Source: an uncultured Eubacteriales bacterium
GTDB lineage: Bacteria; Bacillota; Clostridia; Oscillospirales; Acutalibacteraceae
Assembly: GCA_934477125.1 (NCBI GenBank)
Contig: CAKSOL010000004.1
Span: forward strand, 106,664 to 170,663
DNA: 64,000 bases
Direction: 5' to 3'
Part shown: positions 28,369 through 38,357 of the stretch, in pieces
Layout of the letters: each line of letters starts with the position of its first letter
Position numbering within the stretch: the stretch's first letter is position 1
Program-made: the position numbers and the translations under genes
Notes under the pieces: model-generated
Databases searched by the model: none
The model's input: only the letters and a program-made list of their open reading frames with translations
Told to the model about the DNA's origin: nothing

Positions 28369-29577
28369 CTATTCTGCGATTTTCCGCGCCTCAAGATAAA
28401 ACCTTTTATCGTCCGCACAGCCCATCGAAAAGGTTTTGCGCGGCAGAGAGCCGTCCGCAAGGACGCTGCCGAAAAGCTCCGATTTTTCCATTCCGCGGAA
28501 CAGAAAGCCGGTTGTATCGGGAGCGCAGCAGAGGGCGCGCAGGTTCTGCTCTCCGTGAATATAATCTATCCGCAGTTCGTTTTTTGCGGCGATTTCATCG
28601 AGTATCGGCTGGAGCGTTCCGACGGGCAGCTTTGCCGCAGGGCGCAGCGAAAGCTCTCTTTCTCCGCCGGAGAAAACGCAGGTGAATTTCTGCGCGTCGG
28701 CGCCGGAGTATTCCCCTCCCGCCGCCTTTTCAACAAGGCTTATAAGCGTTTCGGGGTCCGCTCCGAAAACGGCGCGGTAGATAGGCTCAAATTCGAGCGC
28801 GCTGTCGTGAATATTAACTATCTCAACCAGCGCATAGCGCGAAATACCGCCGGGATTTTTTTCGTATGCCGCCTTTGCCGCCGCGAGGGAATGATTTCCG
28901 TCGCCGACGCAGAAAAGCAGTCCGTCTCCCTTTTCGCGCAGCCGCGCAAGCGCGCCGTCAACCGAGGAAACCGCTTCATCGTCCGCCAGAAAGCCCTTTA
29001 TATGACCGCCGCCGTTCATAAGCTCAAAGTCATACAGCTTTTCAAGGCTCTCCCTCCTGCCTGCAACCGGGGCGATAACGGTATCCTCCGGGTCGTCCGC
29101 AAGCAGCATAACGTGCGGCAGCTCAAGAGGAGCGTTCTCCCTTATCCGGACGCGCGGCGGTATTCTTTCGGCAACCGTTTTCTCGGTTGCTCTTACAGCC
29201 GAGCGCGCGCCGGGCTTATAGTCATAGCTCTCAAGGTCAATCATTCCGACAAGTCCGCGGCGGAGCCTGCCGTTTTTCTGGCGGCGTTCGGTATAAATCA
29301 CCGCGTCAGGCAGAGTCTTAAAAACTCCGCTGTTCAGGTATTCGCGCATATTGCGGTTTATTTCTTCGATTTTCGCGCCGTCGTTCTCGCCGAGGTAAGC
29401 CTCAGGCAGTATAAGCCGCAGAGCCGAGGGGGCGCTGCCGACGTTCCTTTCCGCCGTTTCCCAGTATTCCGGCTCGGAGGTATACTGGTCGCAGGCTATG
29501 ACCGACCATTTTTCAAAGCCGCTTTGGGGCAGAAGAATATCGGCGGGAAAAAAGCAGCCGTTTTTCATATTTTTCAT
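28369..29577 (-). CDS. DUF1015 domain protein
   Basis: 402-aa COG4198-like protein with the conserved block GDGNHSLAAAKAAYE. Confidence 0.7.
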   Translation of the reverse strand: MKNMKNGCFFPADILLPQSGFEKWSVIACDQYTSEPEYWETAERNVGSAPSALRLILPEAYLGENDGAKIEEINRNMREYLNSGVFKTLPDAVIYTERRQKNGRLRRGLVGMIDLESYDYKPGARSAVRATEKTVAERIPPRVRIRENAPLELPHVMLLADDPEDTVIAPVAGRRESLEKLYDFELMNGGGHIKGFLADDEAVSSVDGALARLREKGDGLLFCVGDGNHSLAAAKAAYEKNPGGISRYALVEIVNIHDSALEFEPIYRAVFGADPETLISLVEKAAGGEYSGADAQKFTCVFSGGERELSLRPAAKLPVGTLQPILDEIAAKNELRIDYIHGEQNLRALCCAPDTTGFLFRGMEKSELFGSVLADGSLPRKTFSMGCADDKRFYLEARKIAE

Positions 29578-29579
29578 AT

Positions 29580-30308
29580 TTATCGGTACTCCTTGGTGCC
29601 GTAATAATACTTCTTGCGGAAGCGCGAATTTTTCTCCGCCTCGTTTATAACCGCGCCCAGCACCCGGCAGCCGCTTTTATCGAGCTGCTCCTTTACCCAT
29701 TTGGCGTTATTGCGGCTGACCTTGCCGTCCGAAATGACCATAATCGCGCCGTCGCAGCAGGCTGCCAGAACGGCGGCGTCGATAACCATACCGAGAGGCG
29801 GGGAATCAACTATTATATAATCATAGTCGTTTCTCAGCCGTTTTATAAGGCTTTCAAAAGCGCCTCCGCCTATAAGCTCAACCGGGTTGGGAGGAAAATG
29901 ACCCGAAAAAATAACGTCGAAATTCGGAATCTGAGTATGGCAGACAGCCTCCTCCGGCTCAACCATTCCCGAAAGAATTTCCGAAAGTCCCGCCGGAGCT
30001 CCGCCGCGCGCGCCGGTCTTTAAAAGGACGGATTTACGCATATCCGCGTCAATCATAATCGTTTTCTTGCCCGATTCCGCAAGGCTCCTCGAAAGCTCCG
30101 CCGAAACGGTGCTCTTTCCCTCGTTTTCATCACAGCTCGTAAGCAGAACCGTTTTTATCCCGGCTCCGCAGAAAAACAGGTTTGTCCGCAGGGTTTTATA
30201 TGCCTCGTTGGTTATATAGTCGCCCGACGAAAGGGTTTTGAAGTTGACGCGCGGCGCAGGCTTCCTCTCCCCCTCGGAATAGCTTTTCAAATCGGTATAA
30301 TCAGACAT
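29580..30308 (-). CDS. CpsD/CapB-family tyrosine-protein kinase (BY-kinase)
   Basis: Walker A (SCDENEGKST), Walker A' and B (DYIIVDSPP), and a C-terminal Tyr cluster (KKYYYGTKEY). The start was trimmed to MSDYTDL. A longer ORF-track start at 30404 is an alternative. Confidence 0.75.
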   Translation of the reverse strand: MSDYTDLKSYSEGERKPAPRVNFKTLSSGDYITNEAYKTLRTNLFFCGAGIKTVLLTSCDENEGKSTVSAELSRSLAESGKKTIMIDADMRKSVLLKTGARGGAPAGLSEILSGMVEPEEAVCHTQIPNFDVIFSGHFPPNPVELIGGGAFESLIKRLRNDYDYIIVDSPPLGMVIDAAVLAACCDGAIMVISDGKVSRNNAKWVKEQLDKSGCRVLGAVINEAEKNSRFRKKYYYGTKEYR

Positions 30309-31068
30309 TCGCTTTGCCGCTCCTTGCTTCGGAATTTCCGCCGGCGGCGGTATTTTTTCTTCCATAGCTCCTCTGGCGGCTATGGGCATGAGGTATGGTT
30401 GCAAGCACGCTTATTCCGAGATATTTTTCAACATCCTGCGTGCTGCTTATTTTATCGTTGAAAAAGCATGCCAAAAACAGTATAATCAGGGACAAAACAA
30501 CCCCTATCGCAAGACCGACGAGCATATTGCTGTGCAGATTAGGCGAGGACGGGGAGGACGGCATATAGGCGTCGCTTATAATATTAACCGCGTCGGTGCT
30601 GAGCAGCTCGACTATCTTATCCTGCGAAACCTCGCATATGCACTGGGCTATCTGCATCGAAAGCCTGGGGTCGGCGGTTCTTACGCTGACCGCGATAATA
30701 CGCGTATTTTCCGGATTATCTATAGAAATGCACCCTTTTAAGGCGTTTACCCCCATATCAAGGTCCAGCCGGTCTATAACATCGTTCAGAACGGCACGGT
30801 CGGAAATAAGCTCGGCATAGTCGCGCGTAAGGTAGGTCGATATCGCAAAGTCGCTTGAGCTTACTTTCTGGTCGGTCGTTTTTCCTATATATATCTTGGC
30901 AGTCGAATCGTAAAGCGGAGTGCAGATAAGCTTTGTATAAAACAGCGTTATAATAAGGCAGGCGGCTATAACTGCCGCGACAACATACCACAAATGAAAA
31001 AACTGTTCGAGCAAATCCCGCAAATCGAGCGTCCGCGGATCGGCGGTCTGGCTTTTTTTAACTTCCAT
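30301..31068 (-). CDS. Wzz/CpsC-type polysaccharide chain-length determinant (BY-kinase modulator)
   Basis: Two TM segments flank a periplasmic domain. The start was moved to MEVKK, which has a good GGAG SD. Overlaps the kinase gene. Confidence 0.7.
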   Translation of the reverse strand: MEVKKSQTADPRTLDLRDLLEQFFHLWYVVAAVIAACLIITLFYTKLICTPLYDSTAKIYIGKTTDQKVSSSDFAISTYLTRDYAELISDRAVLNDVIDRLDLDMGVNALKGCISIDNPENTRIIAVSVRTADPRLSMQIAQCICEVSQDKIVELLSTDAVNIISDAYMPSSPSSPNLHSNMLVGLAIGVVLSLIILFLACFFNDKISSTQDVEKYLGISVLATIPHAHSRQRSYGRKNTAAGGNSEARSGKANV

Positions 31069-31215
31069 TCGTTTTTCTCCTACATATAAAAATACATTAT
31101 TTAATATAGCACAACGCTCTCCCAAACGCAAGGGGTAAATCGCGGAAATTCGTCCGTTTATATGCAAATCCGGCGCGTTTTCTTTTAAAACGGCGGGCGG
31201 CGGCGTAATTTTTTA

Positions 31216-31245
31216 TTGACATACGATACCGTTATCGGTTATAAT
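31216..31245 (+). promoter_or_regulatory. sigma-A promoter of rpmH-rnpA-yidD-yidC-jag
   Basis: TTGACA, 18-nt spacer, TATAAT. About 100 nt upstream of rpmH. Confidence 0.55.
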
Positions 31246-31345
31246 CATAAATTGATAGGCTGTATATGCTGAGGAAAAATGCCCCAAATACCGAAAACGT
31301 TTCCCAAAACAGCCGGAAGTCTATATTGTGAAGGAGGGGTTTCAA

Positions 31346-31480
31346 GTGAAAAGAACCTATCAGCCGAAGAAGCTTCACCGCAAGAAGGAGCACGGTTTCT
31401 TAAAGAGAATGGCAACGGCGAACGGCCGTAAGGTGCTTGCCCGCCGCAGAGCAAAGGGCAGAAAGCAGCTGACCTACTAA
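31346..31480 (+). CDS. rpmH: 50S ribosomal protein L34
   Basis: GTG-start ORF of 44 aa ([44 protein letters not shown]) preceded by AGGAGG. It is below the ORF-track length cutoff. A TTGACA-18-TATAAT promoter lies upstream. Confidence 0.9.
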   Translation: MKRTYQPKKLHRKKEHGFLKRMATANGRKVLARRRAKGRKQLTY

Positions 31481-31560
31481 AAAACGCTGAAGCGTCTGTG
31501 TTTTTAAAGGGGCGGCGGTATGCCGCCCCGGCAGCGTTTCTCCGATTTTGAGAAGAAAAA

Positions 31561-31902
31561 ATGGAAAAGCTTAAACAGAATTATGAATTTCACCGGCTTT
31601 ACCGCCGGGGAAAATCCTTTGTAACGCCGTATTTTGTTCTCTATTGCGCAAAAGGACGGCGCGGAAAAACGCGTCTCGGAATAACCGCCGGCAAAAAGCT
31701 GGGCGGCGCGGTTCAGAGAAACCGCGCAAAGCGTGTCGTTTCAGCCGCTTTCCGGGAATGTCTGCCGGAGATAGCTCCGGGATTTGATTTTGTCATTGTT
31801 GCAAGAACGCGTATACTTGAAATTAAAAGCCCCGTCGCAGCAAAGGCTCTGCGCGGAAAGCTTGCGGAAGCCGGAGTGCTTTGCGATGAGTCCGGCTGCT
31901 AA
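31561..31902 (+). CDS. rnpA: ribonuclease P protein component
   Basis: Basic RnpA protein with the RNR-like motif ([15 protein letters not shown]). Confidence 0.9.
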   Translation: MEKLKQNYEFHRLYRRGKSFVTPYFVLYCAKGRRGKTRLGITAGKKLGGAVQRNRAKRVVSAAFRECLPEIAPGFDFVIVARTRILEIKSPVAAKALRGKLAEAGVLCDESGC

Positions 31903-32134
31903 GGCGGCGTCCGCTCTGATACGCGGATACCAAAAATTCATCTCGCCCCATAAAATCCCCTGCTGCCGTTTCACTCCGAGCTGCTCAGCTTATGCGCTTG
32001 AGGCACTTAGGGTTCACGGCTTTTTTAAGGGCTCGGCTCTCGCCATTTGGCGAATTCTGCGCTGCAATCCGCTCTGCAAGGGCGGATACGACCCTGTGCC
32101 GCAGCCGAAAAACAAACACACAAATAACGACTGA
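31886..32134 (+). CDS. yidD: membrane protein insertion efficiency factor YidD
   Basis: Internal-Met start overlapping rnpA. Conserved YidD segment [15 protein letters not shown]...[11 protein letters not shown]. Confidence 0.85.
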   Translation: MSPAAKAASALIRGYQKFISPHKIPCCRFTPSCSAYALEALRVHGFFKGSALAIWRILRCNPLCKGGYDPVPQPKNKHTNND

Positions 32135-32175
32135 CGTTTTTCTATACGTCTGACACGGACGGTGCTTATAAAAAA

Positions 32176-33234
32176 ATGCAATCTCTTTTCAATCTTATAA
32201 ATATACCATTCAGCTATATAATGCGGTTTTTGGCGAACATTTTCGGAGGAAATTTCGCGGCTTCGGTATTTTTCTTTACGCTTATAATAAATATCGTTCT
32301 TCTGCCGCTTACACTTAAAAGTCAGAAATCAACCGTTCAGCAGACCCGCATCAAGCCCAAGCTTGATGACCTGAAGCGCCGCTACGGGGACGACAAGCAG
32401 CGCTACAACACCGAAATGCAGAAGCTTTATCAGGCGGAGGGCGTTTCGATGTCGGGAGGGTGCCTGCCGACGCTTTTAAGGCTCGTTATAATGATGAGCA
32501 TATACTGGATAGTTTTATCACCGCTCACCTATATGGCAGGAGCGGACAAGACTCAGGTTCAGAACATTTCAACCGCGATAACCGCCGGAATGACCGAGCT
32601 TGAGAAAAGCGACAACGCGAAATACAAGGAAATAAGCGCGGAAATCGGATGGGACAGCAAGAGCCGCCAGAATAGCCAGCTGCCGGTCGTCCGTGTTATC
32701 CGCGATCATCCGGACGTTATTGAGAAAATTCTGACCGAGGAGAAATATAACGAAATTTCCGGCGACGTTAAGGCTGTTACCGCGAAGATGAACAAGGCGA
32801 ACATCAACTTCAAGCTTTTCGGGCTTGACCTTACCGAAACTCCGAAATTCTCCTTTAATTTCTCGGAGGCGCAATGGATCTGGCTCATTCCTCTGGGCGC
32901 GTTCGCCGCTCAGATTCTTACGAGCCTTATTTCAAGCTTTATTCAGAAGCGCAACAATCCCGATACGCCGTCTATGGTCGGAATGATGCTCGGAATGTCG
33001 CTCTTTTCGCTGTTCATAGGTTTCACCCTGCCCGCCGGAGTCGGATTTTACTGGATATGCTCATCCCTCATAGGCGGACTTTTACAGGCGGCCATCCAGA
33101 GCTTTTACGGTCCGTTCCAGATGCTCTCGCGCGAGCGCGCAAAGGAGCTTGTTACCCGCTGTGATTTCGAGGCGGGTCAGCTTGCAAAGCTCTCCGGAAA
33201 GAGTGATGACGGCGGCGACGGCAAAAAAGAGTAA
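32176..33234 (+). CDS. yidC: membrane protein insertase YidC/SpoIIIJ (Oxa1 family)
   Basis: Multi-TM protein with an amphipathic basic region (KSQKSTVQQTRIKPKLDDLKRRYGDDKQ) and a GCLPTLLRLVIM segment. Confidence 0.85.
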   Translation: MQSLFNLINIPFSYIMRFLANIFGGNFAASVFFFTLIINIVLLPLTLKSQKSTVQQTRIKPKLDDLKRRYGDDKQRYNTEMQKLYQAEGVSMSGGCLPTLLRLVIMMSIYWIVLSPLTYMAGADKTQVQNISTAITAGMTELEKSDNAKYKEISAEIGWDSKSRQNSQLPVVRVIRDHPDVIEKILTEEKYNEISGDVKAVTAKMNKANINFKLFGLDLTETPKFSFNFSEAQWIWLIPLGAFAAQILTSLISSFIQKRNNPDTPSMVGMMLGMSLFSLFIGFTLPAGVGFYWICSSLIGGLLQAAIQSFYGPFQMLSRERAKELVTRCDFEAGQLAKLSGKSDDGGDGKKE

Positions 33235-33367
33235 CCGCACAAAAAACTAAACAGATAAAAAACAGCGCCCGGCAGTACTGCCGGGCAGACTTTAAAAATT
33301 CAAAGGCGAAAATCCGCCCTTTAAAATCGGGTTCGGATTTGCCGCTTTGCTTTAGGGAGGATTTACG

Positions 33368-34411
33368 TTGATAAAGGAAGCAACAGCAACCGGCGCAACC
33401 GTTGAGGAGGCGCGCGACAACGCGCTCGCAAAATTAGGCGCCGGAATTAACGACGATATTCAGTATGAGGTTATTTCGCGCCCCAAGAAAAAGGTTTTGG
33501 GAATTTTCGGAGGCGCTCCGGCAAAGGTGCGCGTTTTCATAGAGCTGCCCGACGAAAAGCCGGCAAAAAACCGGCAAAAGCCAGCCGCGAAGGCGGCTCA
33601 GCCGCAGGCAAAGCAGGCTCCTGCCGCAAAGTCTGCCCCGAAAGCCGCTCCGGCGGCTAAGGCTGCGGCTCCGGCAAAGTCCGCTTCCGCAAAGGCTGAG
33701 AGCGCTCCGGCGAAAGCTGCCGAGAAAAAGATTATACCGCCGGCAGGCAGCGTTGCCGACGATTTCAAGGACGCTGTTGAGGTTTCGGCTCTCCCGGAAA
33801 ATTCTCCGGCGAGACAGTCGGTTGCCTATCTTTTCGAGGTTCTTACCGCTTTCGGTTGCAAAAATCTGACCGCAAAGGTCGCCGAGCGCGAGCGCGGAGC
33901 CTTCATTTCGCTTGAGGGCGAGGATTTGGGCGCAGTTATAGGTCACCGCGGCGAAACGCTCGACGCGCTGCAATATTTAGCCGGTCTTGCCGCTAACAAC
34001 ACAAGCGGATATTATAAGGTATCTCTGAATTTCGGAAATTACCGCGAAAAGCGCGAGCAGGCGCTCAACGGCTTGGCGGCAAAGGTCTGCGAGCAGGTTT
34101 TAAGAACCGGACGCAGCCGCGCGCTTGAGCCGATGAATCCTTACGAGCGCCGCATAATCCACACCGCCGTTCAGGGGATAGACGGAGTTATTTCCGAATC
34201 TGTCGGCGAGGGAAACAGCCGCAGGGTTGTTATCGCAGTCGAGGGAACGGAAATCCGCGATATGCGCCGCGACAATCGCCGTCCGCGCGGCAGAGGGGGA
34301 CGTCCGTCCGGCTCGGCCCGCGACCGCCGTCCGAGCAGCACCGTTGCGACAGCTCCGACCCGCGAGCCGAAAAAGGACACCGATCTTCCGCTTTACGGAA
34401 AAATCAATTAA
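33368..34411 (+). CDS. khpB: RNA-binding protein Jag/KhpB (KH + R3H domains) with Ala/Pro/Lys-rich linker
   Basis: Jag_N start (IKEATATGATVEEA), KH region and an R3H motif (MNPYERRIIHTAV). Sits downstream of yidC as in the canonical locus. Confidence 0.85.
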   Translation: MIKEATATGATVEEARDNALAKLGAGINDDIQYEVISRPKKKVLGIFGGAPAKVRVFIELPDEKPAKNRQKPAAKAAQPQAKQAPAAKSAPKAAPAAKAAAPAKSASAKAESAPAKAAEKKIIPPAGSVADDFKDAVEVSALPENSPARQSVAYLFEVLTAFGCKNLTAKVAERERGAFISLEGEDLGAVIGHRGETLDALQYLAGLAANNTSGYYKVSLNFGNYREKREQALNGLAAKVCEQVLRTGRSRALEPMNPYERRIIHTAVQGIDGVISESVGEGNSRRVVIAVEGTEIRDMRRDNRRPRGRGGRPSGSARDRRPSSTVATAPTREPKKDTDLPLYGKIN

Positions 34412-34639
34412 CACCGCAGAAAGCTGCCCTAAGGCGCATTTTCCGGGAGCTTCCGGGCGATGCCGAGCGGGCGGCTTTTGTTTTTGCGCGGCTGACAAAT
34501 GCCGGAAAAAGGCAAGTCCGCGCGCAAACCGTCATAAATTCTTATTACAAATCCGGAGGGGATATCCGTTGTAGGAGTCGGAGAGCAAAAAGGGGAGCGG
34601 CATTGACGGCAAAATAATGCCTGTTATAAGCGGCAATAC

Positions 34640-35401
34640 TTGAAAAGAGGATATAATAACGTAATGGAAGAAAAAATCAAAGAGCCCCGTTCCTTGAACG
34701 AGCAGCTCAGTCTTGCGACAATGGTGGACGCCGGGCAGGCGGCAAGTCTGCTGGAAAAAACGCGTCCCTTTGCGCGGCTTATGATGCAGTACCGCTGCGC
34801 TATGCTCGAAATACGCACCAAGCTCGACGTTCTAAACAACGAAATGTCGCTCGACAGCGAGCAAAACCCGTTTGAGTCTATCGAATGCCGGCTTAAAAGT
34901 CCGATGAGCATTTTGGAAAAATTAGAGCGCAAGGGATACCCGGTTACGGTTGAGTCGATTGAAAAAAACATAACCGATGTCGCCGGGGTACGCGTTACCT
35001 GCTCATTCCCCTCGGATATATACCAGATAGCGATTAAGCTTGCCTGTCAGGATGACCTGAGGGTTATCGAAAGCAAGGATTATATCAAAAACCCCAAGGA
35101 AAACGGCTACCGGAGCTTACATCTGATAGTCGAGGTTCCGATATTTCTTTCAAACGAAAAGAAATATATGAAGGTTGAGGTTCAGTTCAGAACCATCGCG
35201 ATGGACTTCTGGGCAAGTCTTGAGCATAAGGTAAGATATAAGAAAAAGCTTGCCGATGGCGCGGAGGCTATCGCCGCCGAGCTGAAGGAATGCGCGGATA
35301 TGATTGAGGAAATCGACCTTAAAATGCAGGACATCCGCGACAGAATAGCCATGCTCAAGCTGAAAGAGAAGGACTCTGCGGCTTCCGGCAACGAAAAATA
35401 A
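34640..35401 (+). CDS. small alarmone synthetase (RelA/SpoT synthetase-domain only, RelP/RelQ type)
   Basis: Synthetase-domain motifs (DVAGVRV, YRSLHLIVEVP, VEVQFRTIAMDFWASLEH). An internal ATG at 34664 is an alternative start. Confidence 0.8.
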   Translation: MKRGYNNVMEEKIKEPRSLNEQLSLATMVDAGQAASLLEKTRPFARLMMQYRCAMLEIRTKLDVLNNEMSLDSEQNPFESIECRLKSPMSILEKLERKGYPVTVESIEKNITDVAGVRVTCSFPSDIYQIAIKLACQDDLRVIESKDYIKNPKENGYRSLHLIVEVPIFLSNEKKYMKVEVQFRTIAMDFWASLEHKVRYKKKLADGAEAIAAELKECADMIEEIDLKMQDIRDRIAMLKLKEKDSAASGNEK

Positions 35402-35413
35402 AAGGAGAAAACA

Positions 35414-37003
35414 GTGGAACTGAAACAGGAAATAAACCGCCGGCGCACCTTTGCGATTATTTCGCACCCCGACGCCGGAAAAACAACTCTTACGGAAAAG
35501 CTTCTGCTCTACGGAGGCGCAATCCAGACCGCCGGCTCGGTTAAGGGCAAGGCGACTGCGAAGCACGCCGTTTCCGACTGGATGGAGCTTGAAAAGCAGC
35601 GCGGAATTTCGATAACCTCCTCGGTTATGCAGTTTGAATACGAGGGCTGCTGCATAAATATTCTCGACACGCCCGGTCACCAGGACTTTTCCGAGGACAC
35701 CTACAGAACGCTTATGGCGGCGGACAGCGTTGTTATGGTTATCGACGCGGCAAAGGGAATTGAGCCGCAGACGAGAAAGCTGTTCAAGGTAACGGCTATG
35801 CGGCATATCCCGATTTTTACCTTTATCAACAAGCTTGACCGCGAGGCGCGCGACCCGTTCGAGCTGCTCGACGAGCTTGAAAAGGAGTTCGGAATAGGCA
35901 CCTATCCGATTAACTGGCCGATTGGCTGCGGAGTCAGCTTTAAGGGAGTTTTCGACCGCAGCCGCCGGCAGATTATGGCTTTCAACGAGATGCACCGCGG
36001 TCAGGAAAAGCTGCGCGCCATTGAATGCGACATAACCGACACGGCGAAATTAGAGGAGCTTTTGGGGCCCTACCAGAGCGCGGAGCTTGCCGAGCAGATA
36101 GAGCTGCTCGACGGGGCAAGCTTTGATTTCGACCTTGAAAAGGTTCGCAGCGGGGCTTTGACGCCGATATTTTTCGGCTCGGCGCTTACTAATTTCGGAG
36201 TTGAGCCTTTTTTGGAGAATTTTTTGAAGATGACTACTCCGCCGCTGCCGAGAACGACCAAAAGCGGCGACTCTGTTGCGACGGACAGCGATTTTTCGGC
36301 GTTCGTTTTCAAAATTCAGGCGAATATGAACAAGGCGCACCGCGACCGAATGACCTTTATGCGCATATGCTCGGGTAAATTCGAGCGCGACCGCGAATAT
36401 CTGCACGTTCAGGGCAATAAAAAGCTGCGTCTTTCCCAGCCTCAGCAGATAATGGCGGACGACCGGCAGATTATAAACGAGGCCTACGCCGGGGACATTA
36501 TCGGCGTTTTCGACCCAGGTATTTTCTCAATCGGGGACACGGTATGCGCTCCAAAGTCGCCGGTTGAATACGAGGGCATACCGACCTTTGCTCCGGAGCA
36601 TTTCGCGATGATTGAGCAGATTGACAGCCTGAAGCGGAAGCAGTTCGTTAAGGGCGTTGAGCAGATAGCGCAGGAGGGCGCCATTCAGATATTCCATGAG
36701 CCGAATTCCGGAATGGAACGGGTTATAGTCGGAGTTGTCGGAGTTTTGCAGTTCGAGGTTCTCGAATACCGGCTTAAAAACGAATATAACGTTGACGTTC
36801 TGAGAAACAACCTGCCGTATCAGTATATCCGCTGGATAAGGAACACCGATTTGGACATCAAGCGATTAAATCTGACCTCGGATACAAAGTGGGTTCAGGA
36901 TTTCAAGGGACACGACCTGCTTATTTTCACAAGCGAATGGAACATTAACTGGGCTCTTGAGAAAAACGAGGGTCTTATTCTCGAAGATTTCAGCAAAGAA
37001 TAA
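35414..37003 (+). CDS. prfC: peptide chain release factor 3
   Basis: Translational GTPase with G1 (AIISHPDAGKTT) and G3 (DTPGHQDF) motifs. Length and composition match RF3. Confidence 0.95.
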   Translation: MELKQEINRRRTFAIISHPDAGKTTLTEKLLLYGGAIQTAGSVKGKATAKHAVSDWMELEKQRGISITSSVMQFEYEGCCINILDTPGHQDFSEDTYRTLMAADSVVMVIDAAKGIEPQTRKLFKVTAMRHIPIFTFINKLDREARDPFELLDELEKEFGIGTYPINWPIGCGVSFKGVFDRSRRQIMAFNEMHRGQEKLRAIECDITDTAKLEELLGPYQSAELAEQIELLDGASFDFDLEKVRSGALTPIFFGSALTNFGVEPFLENFLKMTTPPLPRTTKSGDSVATDSDFSAFVFKIQANMNKAHRDRMTFMRICSGKFERDREYLHVQGNKKLRLSQPQQIMADDRQIINEAYAGDIIGVFDPGIFSIGDTVCAPKSPVEYEGIPTFAPEHFAMIEQIDSLKRKQFVKGVEQIAQEGAIQIFHEPNSGMERVIVGVVGVLQFEVLEYRLKNEYNVDVLRNNLPYQYIRWIRNTDLDIKRLNLTSDTKWVQDFKGHDLLIFTSEWNINWALEKNEGLILEDFSKE

Positions 37004-37025
37004 AGCGGAAAGGATAAACGCCGTT

Positions 37026-38357
37026 ATGAAGCTTACAGAAAGTATTCTGCGCCCCGTTAAAAAAATTCACGGCGGGGTTCTGCTGCCGCATCTCAAGAAA
37101 ACCGCCGAGAGCGAAACGGTTATTATGCCGCCGCCGGAGAGGGTTATAATCCCGATGCAGCAGCACATCGGCGCACCCTGCGCGCCGACGGTCAAAAAGG
37201 GCGACGAGGTTTTCGTCGGAACAAAAATCGGCGACAGCGGCGCATTTGTCAGCGCGCCGGTCCATTCGAGCGTTTCCGGAACAGTTTCGGCGGTTAAGGA
37301 ATTTTTGCAGAACGGCAGACCGGTTATGAGCGTTGAAATAGAGTCGGACGAAAAAATGACTCCCGACCCCTCTCTTGCGCCGCGCGAGGTTAAAACCGCA
37401 GCCGATATCGCCGCCGCCGCGCGGGACTGCGGACTTGTCGGTCTCGGAGGGGCAGGCTTTCCGGCTCACGTTAAGCTGACCCCCAAGGACGGCGTTAAAA
37501 TCGACACGCTGGTCGTAAACGCGGCGGAATGCGAGCCTTATCTTACCGCCGATTACCGCGAATGTATAGAAAACTCGGACGATATTATGGAGGGCGTTTA
37601 TCTGCTGAAAAGCGTTCTCGGACTCGAAAGGGTTATAATCGCGGTTGAAAGCAACAAGCCGCGCGCCATAGAAAGGCTTTACGGCATAGCCGCCGACCGC
37701 CGCGACGAGGATGATTCGGTTAAGCTTATGAAGCTCCCGACAAGCTATCCCCAGGGCGCGGAAAAGGTTATTGTTTATTCGGCGACGGGGCGGCTCGTTC
37801 CTGCCGGAGGACTTCCGGCGGACGTCGGCTGTATCGTTATGAACGTTACGAGCGTCGCCGTGCTTTACAGGTTCATAAAAACCGGTATGCCGCTCGTTGC
37901 AAAGCGGATAACCGTTGAGGGAAAATCGGCGGTTAATCCGCAGAACATACTTGTTCCGATAGGAACTGCGGTTGAGGACGTTATCGCCTTTGCCGGAGGA
38001 GCCGCGGAGGACGCCGCCTGTCTTATAGCAGGAGGACCGATGATGGGAAATGCTATAACCGACAAGGGCTCGGTTATAGAAAAGCGCAACAACGGGCTTC
38101 TGATTACCCCCGAACCGCCCGAATACCGCACAACCGCCTGCATACGCTGCGGACGCTGTGCCGACGCCTGTCCGCTGAAATTACGCCCGGCGGCGGTTGA
38201 AACCGCATACCGGCACGGTCTTGAGGAGCGGTATTCCGCGCTTAATGTAAGTCTTTGTATGGAATGCGGCAGCTGCTCATATGTCTGCCCGGCAAAACGG
38301 CCGCTTACGCAGGTTATGAGAACCGCAAAGGCTCAGATGAGGAGGAACGCAAAATGA
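37026..38357 (+). CDS. rnfC: Rnf electron transport complex subunit C
   Basis: NADH-binding GGAGFP motif plus two 4Fe-4S ferredoxin motifs (CIRCGRCADACP, CMECGSCSYVCP). The start was trimmed to the Met after the prfC stop. Confidence 0.9.
   Translation: MKLTESILRPVKKIHGGVLLPHLKKTAESETVIMPPPERVIIPMQQHIGAPCAPTVKKGDEVFVGTKIGDSGAFVSAPVHSSVSGTVSAVKEFLQNGRPVMSVEIESDEKMTPDPSLAPREVKTAADIAAAARDCGLVGLGGAGFPAHVKLTPKDGVKIDTLVVNAAECEPYLTADYRECIENSDDIMEGVYLLKSVLGLERVIIAVESNKPRAIERLYGIAADRRDEDDSVKLMKLPTSYPQGAEKVIVYSATGRLVPAGGLPADVGCIVMNVTSVAVLYRFIKTGMPLVAKRITVEGKSAVNPQNILVPIGTAVEDVIAFAGGAAEDAACLIAGGPMMGNAITDKGSVIEKRNNGLLITPEPPEYRTTACIRCGRCADACPLKLRPAAVETAYRHGLEERYSALNVSLCMECGSCSYVCPAKRPLTQVMRTAKAQMRRNAK

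Noticed and set aside
28555-29604. 349-aa plus-strand ORF
   Set aside because: It is fully antisense to the DUF1015 gene. Long antisense ORFs are expected in ~60% GC DNA, and it has no recognisable motifs.
31168-31340. Possible second DnaA-box cluster upstream of rpmH (canonical rpmH-dnaA origin position)
   Set aside because: No TTATCCACA-like boxes were found there, only a sigma-A promoter. DnaA boxes and the DUE are concentrated between dnaA and dnaN.
35150-35995. 281-aa minus-strand ORF
   Set aside because: It is antisense to the 3' end of the alarmone synthetase gene and the 5' end of prfC. The prfC GTPase motifs are unambiguous on the plus strand.
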